From Ferruginibacter sp. (GTDB lineage Bacteria; Bacteroidota; Bacteroidia; Chitinophagales; Chitinophagaceae): 19,815 nucleotides of DNA. The stretch covers positions 1-19,815 of the forward strand of contig JAYVID010000149.1 in NCBI GenBank assembly GCA_043770525.1, given 5' to 3'. The notes beneath the pieces were generated by a model. It was given only the letters and a program-made list of their open reading frames with translations. It was not told the origin of the DNA and searched no databases. This document shows, in pieces, positions 14,364 to 19,815 of this stretch (its first letter is position 1; the number at the start of each line of letters is the position of its first letter). Position numbers and translations under genes: made by a program.

Positions 14364-15536
14364 TTATCCCACCTCAAAGTCTAATTTACACTCTACTAAA
14401 GCAGCATTTAGTTTACCTTCTTTTAAATATTGTGTAAGCCTGGTAAGTCTTAAAAAATAAATTTCATAGTCTGCGCCATATACTGCTGCAAGGCTCTGTT
14501 TTTCAAGCTCAGAAAGTTTGCCATCAAATGCAGCAGAAACAGTAAATAAATCTAGTAAAAAAAACCGTTCCTCCGGGCTTACTTTTTTTAAGGAGCCCAA
14601 AAAAATTGCCCAGTCATCAAATTTATCTGCATCTTTTATATTTAATATTTCTTGAAATTTAAAAAACAGTATTACCATATTTGGATGATAATTTTGTGCC
14701 ATTACTACTGCATTTCCTATTGCTTGTAAGCAGCTTTTTTTTGCCTCATTAGAAAGCTTAGCTAGATAACCATCCGAAATAATATTTTTACCTATTTGGT
14801 TTGCAAGGGCAAAACCAAATAATCGTAAGCGGGCATCCATAACTACTTTTCTTATTACAATGCTATTCCAAAAACACTCTACTAATATGGCTTCATATAA
14901 AATAGAAACACCAAATATGGTTTTGCCTACAAAAAAAACAAGTCCATATTTAAGTAATATATTACTTAAAAATATTTTTGCTTTGTATAATAAACTTATA
15001 AGTAAAATATTTTTTTTGGATACTCTTTTAAAAGGGTCTATGCCCATTAGTTTCATCTCAGGATCTGGCAATTCCAATGCTGCCCTTGCTAAAATATTGT
15101 TTACATTAAAAGCTCCTTCTTTTAATAATTCATTTTCACTGTTTCTAAGATTTATAAGCTCACTTACTTTATATACAGATCTTAATGAAATGATAAATAA
15201 CAAATATAATTCTACAGCCACACTTACTATGGTAACAATTGTAAACCACCCATAATGTACAATCCAAGATTCGTTTTCAAAATATACATCTACCCATACT
15301 GTAGGAAAAACAAATACAAATCCTACTATACATGATAATATGATTCCTACTAAAGTAATTCTATTTACTCGTTTTGAAAGTTCTGCATCAGTTAAATCAA
15401 ACACACTATGGTCGCTATCTTTTTGTTTAAAAAAATGTAGATAGTATAAACCAAAACGCTCAAGTAAGCTAGGTTTGGTTTCTGTTATTTCGTAATAAGG
15501 TTTCTTTGTCAATATTAATTTTTTTTGATACTGCAA
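14364..15536 (-). CDS. Hypothetical multi-pass membrane protein with a soluble helical C-terminal region (TerB-like flavour, unverified)
   Basis: 390-aa ORF with a TTG start at 15536 and no nearby in-frame ATG, so the start is uncertain. It has several TM segments. The C-terminal FFLLDLFTVSAAFDGKLSELEKQSL resembles TerB-type D-G-x-hydrophobic-x2-E repeats. Confidence 0.55.
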   Translation of the reverse strand: MQYQKKLILTKKPYYEITETKPSLLERFGLYYLHFFKQKDSDHSVFDLTDAELSKRVNRITLVGIILSCIVGFVFVFPTVWVDVYFENESWIVHYGWFTIVTIVSVAVELYLLFIISLRSVYKVSELINLRNSENELLKEGAFNVNNILARAALELPDPEMKLMGIDPFKRVSKKNILLISLLYKAKIFLSNILLKYGLVFFVGKTIFGVSILYEAILVECFWNSIVIRKVVMDARLRLFGFALANQIGKNIISDGYLAKLSNEAKKSCLQAIGNAVVMAQNYHPNMVILFFKFQEILNIKDADKFDDWAIFLGSLKKVSPEERFFLLDLFTVSAAFDGKLSELEKQSLAAVYGADYEIYFLRLTRLTQYLKEGKLNAALVECKLDFEVG

Positions 15537-15731
15537 TATATAACAATCATTATTTTTTTTTATAATCTAAAGGGTGTACTTAAATTTTTGTTAGTTAAAT
15601 TTTGAAAACGACTTTTTGAAAGTAATTTATTGCTTAAAAACTATTAAGATAAAATGATTATTTATTATAATTTAATAATCAATAAAATTGCAGATCAACT
15701 TTTTGTATCTTAATGCTAAAAGAGACGCATT

Positions 15732-15776
15732 AAAAAACCTCTACTAATTACAGTTTCTGTAAAAGCAGAGGTTTTT
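15732..15776. terminator. Putative bidirectional terminator downstream of the YtxH-like gene
   Basis: A-run, then CCTCT (15738-15742) ... AGAGG (15767-15771) enclosing an inner TTACAG/CTGTAA stem, then a T-run. Confidence 0.5.
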
Positions 15777-15796
15777 AAATTTTATAATTTTTTATT

Positions 15797-16096
15797 TTAT
15801 GCTGATGGTGGAGTTGGATCTACTTTTTTGTTATCAAATAATTCACTCATCATTTTTTCAGCATCTGCCATGTGCTCTTTTAAAGCTTCTGCTCCCTTCG
15901 ATTTTAATTCTACAAAATAATCTTTTGCCTTTTCTGCAAAGTTTTCTGCTTCATCTTTTAGTTGGTTTGCTTTGCTTTTTAAATCACCCGCTAGTTTTTC
16001 TTTTTCCTCTGGGCTCATGCTCATGTATTTGTTTGCAGCTAGTGCAGCAGCAGCTCCTAATAAAAAGGTGGCAATATGTTTTGAATTTACACTCAT
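15797..16096 (-). CDS. YtxH-like small stress protein (N-terminal membrane anchor plus charged coiled coil)
   Basis: 99-aa ORF with a hydrophobic IATFLLGAAAALAA segment followed by a Lys/Glu-rich helical region. Confidence 0.55.
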   Translation of the reverse strand: MSVNSKHIATFLLGAAAALAANKYMSMSPEEKEKLAGDLKSKANQLKDEAENFAEKAKDYFVELKSKGAEALKEHMADAEKMMSELFDNKKVDPTPPSA

Positions 16097-16124
16097 TTTG
16101 TGATTTTTTAAAGTATTAATAAAT

Positions 16125-16132
16125 TATTTTTG
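16125..16132 (+). promoter_or_regulatory. Candidate -7 promoter box (TAnnTTTG)
   Basis: TATTTTTG lies 18 nt upstream of the M23 peptidase ATG. Confidence 0.35.
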
Positions 16133-16149
16133 TTGCTTACTATAAAGAT

Positions 16150-17853
16150 ATGAAGTTATTTACATTAAGTTTTATTATTAGCCTATCTCTTTTTTCTTCA
16201 AATACGAAAGGGCAAATTTTTACAAAAAAGAATTACGATCAAAATTTTTTTAAATGGCCTGTAGGCGCTCAAATAGCTATTGTTGCAAATTTTGGTGAGT
16301 TGCGCCCAAACCACTACCACATGGGGTTAGATTGTAGAACAGATAAAAAAGAAAATATGCCTATTTATGCTGCTGCGGATGGATATATTGCAAAAGTAAA
16401 AATTGAGCCTTATGGTTTTGGCAGGTGCATTTATATAAACCATGCCAATGGATTAACTTCCGTTTATGCGCATTTAAATGCATTTGAACCCAGTTTAGAA
16501 AGATATATTACAAATGAGCAATATAAATTAGAAAGTTGGAAAGTGTTTTTAGAAATCCCGAAGGGGATGTTTAAAGTAAAGCAAGGAGATTTTATTGCCG
16601 CAAGTGGTAATACAGGTGGATCACAAGGGCCGCATTTGCATTTTGAAATAAGAGATACAAAATCTGATAAATGTTTAAACCAATTAATGTTTGGATTACC
16701 TATACCAGACAATGTAGCTCCAGAAATTATAAGACTTGCTGTGTATGATAGAATGAAAAGTACTTTTGATCAGTCTCCCAAATTTTATCCAATAAAAAAA
16801 GTAAATGGACAGTATACAGTTGTTGGTGGTAAAATTATTGCAGCATCCAATAAAGTAAGTTTTGCTTTATCTATGCAAGATAAAACCAATGGCTCTAGCA
16901 ATGCTATTGGTGTATATGCTGCGGCCGTTTTGGATGATGACAACCTTGTTACAAAATTTGAAATAGATAGCATTAGCTATGCTGAAACGAGGTATATGAA
17001 CGCACACATCGACCATAAAATGAAAATAAATGGAGGTCCTTATGTGCAGCATCTTTCGCCATTGCCGGGTTACGAAGATTTTATTTATACAACAGATCAA
17101 AAAAATGGTGTTGTATTACTAAATGATTCAAATATTCATAAAATAAAAATTATTGTAGCAGATGCTAATGGTAACAGATCTAATTTAGTTTTTGATTTAA
17201 TTGCTCCTACAAGTATTGCAGCAAGACCAACGATAGATGCTGTACAAAAATTTGTACCTAATTTTATAAATGTTTTTGAAACCAGTAAAGTAAAATTTTA
17301 CTTGCCAGAAAATGCATTGTATGATACTGTAAATTTTACATTTAAAGAAATGCCATCTGCAGATGGTAAAAGCATTTATCAGTTGCATACTGCCGCAGTA
17401 CCTGTGCAGTGTATGTATCCAATAAGTATAAGAGAAAATTTTGCTGTAGAAGATACTGGCAAAATTGTGATGTATCGTTTTTTTGGAAGTAAAAAAGATT
17501 TTGCAAAAGCCAAGTACAATAAAGGCTGGTACACTGCTTCGTTTAGAGAGTTTGGCAATTTTATGCTTATGGTAGATAGAACAGCACCCAACATAGTACC
17601 CATTGGTTTTAGAGATGGTATGAATGCCGCAAACTTAACTAGAATTATGTTTAATATAAAAGACAATACAGAAGATATTGTAAATTTTACAGCATTACTA
17701 GATGGAAAATGGCTACGCTTTAGCAATGATAAAGGGGTAAATTTTATTTATAAGTTTGATGAGCATTGCCCTCCTGGAGAACATGAATTAAAAATAAGCG
17801 CTACCGACCAAGTAGGTAATACCAGCGAGAAAATATTTACTTTTACAAGATAA
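16150..17853 (+). CDS. M23 family metallopeptidase with a long uncharacterised C-terminal extension
   Basis: 567-aa ORF with a signal peptide. M23 motifs are HYHMGLD (HxxxD) and GNTGGSQGPHLHFEIRD (HxH). About 380 further residues have no recognised domain. Confidence 0.85.
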   Translation: MKLFTLSFIISLSLFSSNTKGQIFTKKNYDQNFFKWPVGAQIAIVANFGELRPNHYHMGLDCRTDKKENMPIYAAADGYIAKVKIEPYGFGRCIYINHANGLTSVYAHLNAFEPSLERYITNEQYKLESWKVFLEIPKGMFKVKQGDFIAASGNTGGSQGPHLHFEIRDTKSDKCLNQLMFGLPIPDNVAPEIIRLAVYDRMKSTFDQSPKFYPIKKVNGQYTVVGGKIIAASNKVSFALSMQDKTNGSSNAIGVYAAAVLDDDNLVTKFEIDSISYAETRYMNAHIDHKMKINGGPYVQHLSPLPGYEDFIYTTDQKNGVVLLNDSNIHKIKIIVADANGNRSNLVFDLIAPTSIAARPTIDAVQKFVPNFINVFETSKVKFYLPENALYDTVNFTFKEMPSADGKSIYQLHTAAVPVQCMYPISIRENFAVEDTGKIVMYRFFGSKKDFAKAKYNKGWYTASFREFGNFMLMVDRTAPNIVPIGFRDGMNAANLTRIMFNIKDNTEDIVNFTALLDGKWLRFSNDKGVNFIYKFDEHCPPGEHELKISATDQVGNTSEKIFTFTR

Positions 17854-17862
17854 AAAAAAATT

Positions 17863-17934
17863 GGCCTCGTAGTATAATGGATAGTATTAGAGCCTCCGAA
17901 GCTCCAGATTCAGGTTCGATTCCTGACGAGGTCA
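17863..17934 (+). tRNA. tRNA-Arg (anticodon CCG)
   Basis: 72-nt cloverleaf folded by hand. The acceptor stem is GGCCTCG/CGAGGTC (one G-U), the D-loop has GG, the anticodon loop is CTCCGAA (U33, CCG, A37), the variable loop is 4 nt, the T-arm is TCAGG-TTCGATT-CCTGA and the discriminator is A. There is one A-C mismatch at 27:43, and CCA is not encoded. Confidence 0.85.
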
Positions 17935-18079
17935 CAATTATTTTTGATTTGAAGATTGCTGATTTAAGATTTTTTTAAATCAAACAATTTAATTTTTTTG
18001 CAATCGAATTTACTTAAATCCTTTAAATATGTGAGCTAAATATTTTTTATTGGATTATTTTTAAATAAAATTGATATTA

Positions 18080-19120
18080 CTAAGCCCAAGTAATTTCCGC
18101 AGGGTTTAAACTAGCTATAAAATTATCACCCACTCTTTGCCCACTTGCTAGCATGCGTTTCATTTCATTTATTTCAAAATTTAAACCTCCTGGGCCACCA
18201 CCCAATGGCTGCTCTGGCCTAAACGAAAATAATTTTAGCGGTATTTTATCTTCATAAGGATTTTCTCTTCCACGAATTCTAAAAAATTCATCTACTTGTG
18301 CTGCATCTATTCCACTACGTTTCATTTTGCGTTTTACAGCATCTATGTACTCCAGTGCTTCATTATATTGGGTTGGAATTATCAAATCATTTTTGCCCAC
18401 ATCTTCAGTAAAAATATCTATCGTCTGTTGTAAAATAGGAAATATACTTTCAAACTGACTATCTACAATTACTTTTTCTCCTGTGGATAATAGTATGGTA
18501 AAAATTTCTGTAGCCCTAGCATCTATTGCCATTTGCACACCTGCATACTCACGCACCCCTCCATCTACAAATTGAAACTCCGGATTGGGTTCATTAGCCA
18601 CATCTAAATTTACTTTTATAGGCGGCATAAAAACTGGCTGGCAAGCAGATGCCATTATTACCCTTTGAAAATGTAATAAATCTTCAATTACCTTTACTTC
18701 ATAATTTTTTGATTGTGCAGGATTTGTTTCGTTGGTAAAAACTACCAACTCACTCGTTTGCAAACAAACGGTAGTGAGGTAAATTTTTTTGCCCGAGGCT
18801 AAGAGTTTATCGTAATTAGCTTGGTTATAAAATTTTTGAATAAGCGACCATAATGGACTTGCATCAAAAATAGAATGTGTACTCAATCTATCACCAAGAT
18901 TACTCTTTTTAATAATATCCTTGTTTGTGATAGAAGTATACAATTGCTCCAGCAATGCAAACTCTCCCATAGCTGCAAGGGGTGCTATAAGTGAGCCTGT
19001 GCTGGTGCCTATATATGTATCAAAACTTAAGTTGGGAAATTCTCTTAACAATCTTTTAAGTACGCCTACGGCAAATGCTCCTTTAGACCCACCTCCGCTT
19101 ATTACAAGTGCTCTGCTCAT
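18080..19120 (-). CDS. Patatin-like phospholipase
   Basis: 346-aa ORF with oxyanion GGGSKG, nucleophile elbow GTSTG (GxSxG) and the catalytic Asp motif VDGGV. Confidence 0.88.
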   Translation of the reverse strand: MSRALVISGGGSKGAFAVGVLKRLLREFPNLSFDTYIGTSTGSLIAPLAAMGEFALLEQLYTSITNKDIIKKSNLGDRLSTHSIFDASPLWSLIQKFYNQANYDKLLASGKKIYLTTVCLQTSELVVFTNETNPAQSKNYEVKVIEDLLHFQRVIMASACQPVFMPPIKVNLDVANEPNPEFQFVDGGVREYAGVQMAIDARATEIFTILLSTGEKVIVDSQFESIFPILQQTIDIFTEDVGKNDLIIPTQYNEALEYIDAVKRKMKRSGIDAAQVDEFFRIRGRENPYEDKIPLKLFSFRPEQPLGGGPGGLNFEINEMKRMLASGQRVGDNFIASLNPAEITWA

Positions 19121-19272
19121 AATGTAAATTGTTTAATTATTGTATTGATAAATTATTTTACAATTTTTATTACTAATTTCTTAATAGCTTTTAAGTAATA
19201 AATGAAAAAAAGGGTGCAAAAAAGACAAACAAAAATTTCATTAATCAACTAAAAAACTAATCCACCATCCAC

Positions 19273-19815
19273 CTAACGCACTCTCTTTTTATTAAAATCT
19301 TCCACAGTCTTTTTAATTTTACTTATACGTATGCCGAGTGACATTTGCAACCACCATGTTTTAAATTCATAATCTCTATGTGCTGTAAAACCTAGTACCA
19401 GTTTGTTTAATAAGTCTGCATTAATACCTCCACCAATTAATTTTTGTTTGCCAGTGCCCCACAAATGCTCTGCACTCAAATTAATATTGGCCGCACCACC
19501 AAAAACCAATGCGTTTAATGTTTTTACTTTTACAGATGTGTTTATTCCAAATTGCCCTTCTACCACTTTGCCAGCATAAAATGCACCAGCTACAATGCCT
19601 GCACGCATTTTATGTTCTACAATAGTATACTGTGGCAGCAGTTGAAATCCGCCTACATATAAATCTGCACCTGCTTTAAAGTTTGTAATCATGCCATTGT
19701 GTAATTTTGCATGCATAATAAACCCTTTAGGATACTCGGTATCATCTTGTGCAAGGCATTGTTGGGTACAAAAAAGCAAGAAGAAAAATAAAATTTTGTA
19801 ACTAGTATATTTCAT
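19273..19815 (-). CDS. Hypothetical secreted / outer-membrane protein
   Basis: 180-aa ORF whose ATG is the last three bases of the window. Signal peptide KILFFFLLFCTQQCLAQ, followed by Gly-rich amphipathic strands. Confidence 0.5.
   Translation of the reverse strand: MKYTSYKILFFFLLFCTQQCLAQDDTEYPKGFIMHAKLHNGMITNFKAGADLYVGGFQLLPQYTIVEHKMRAGIVAGAFYAGKVVEGQFGINTSVKVKTLNALVFGGAANINLSAEHLWGTGKQKLIGGGINADLLNKLVLGFTAHRDYEFKTWWLQMSLGIRISKIKKTVEDFNKKRVR

Noticed and set aside
15799-16119. A 106-aa plus-strand ORF opposite the YtxH-like gene.
   Set aside because: Its Leu-rich, low-complexity translation mirrors the Lys/Glu-rich coiled-coil codons on the other strand. The minus-strand product has a sensible anchor-plus-helix architecture.
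17945-17990. A near-tandem TGATTTRAAGATT pair and a small GATTTA/TAAATC hairpin downstream of the tRNA.
   Set aside because: The elements are short, AT-rich and imperfect. They are plausibly just the tRNA terminator region, with nothing to support a distinct element.
18080-19120. The patatin-like phospholipase as a CBASS CapV-type defence effector.
   Set aside because: No cyclase (CD-NTase), Cap2/Cap3 or other signalling gene is adjacent. The neighbours are a tRNA and a secreted hypothetical protein, so a housekeeping lipase is the simpler reading.
17863-19272. tRNA-Arg as the attachment site of a genomic island.
   Set aside because: I found no repeat of the tRNA 3' end downstream in the window, no integrase is present, and the downstream gene looks ordinary.

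Overview
This is an AT-rich chromosomal segment that looks Bacteroidota-like. That placement is an inference from TAnnTTTG-type -7 boxes, tightly packed genes without obvious Shine-Dalgarno spacing, and the lipoprotein and beta-barrel OMP content. The backbone is housekeeping: nrdA (class Ia RNR alpha), carB, aat, a PhoD-like phosphatase, a MazG-like pyrophosphohydrolase, dtd, an M23 peptidase, tRNA-Arg(CCG) and a patatin-like lipase. No rRNA, CRISPR array, transposase or integrase is visible. The main signal is at carB, which is disturbed twice. (1) carB is cut at the linker between its oligomerisation domain and its second ATP-grasp unit by a 1,043-bp, much more AT-rich, same-strand cassette (7764..8806). 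The cassette encodes a small basic-tailed protein and a HEPN-like R-x4-H protein that lies in two overlapping frames. Both carB halves remain intact ORFs, and the downstream half starts in an ATGA overlap with the last cassette ORF. (2) The last ~100 nt of carB plus its terminator occur twice as a 140-bp direct repeat (9886..10025 and 10876..11015) bracketing a higB-higA module. All 7 coding differences between the copies are synonymous third-position changes. Secondary observations are two ~80%-identical small membrane-protein genes flanking an OMP gene, a small ABC/SMC-fold ATPase co-oriented with a very AT-rich lipoprotein gene, and two uncharacterised membrane-protein genes at the head of a dtd-mazG-phoD-aat cluster. 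All family assignments come from motif recognition by eye; no database search was run.
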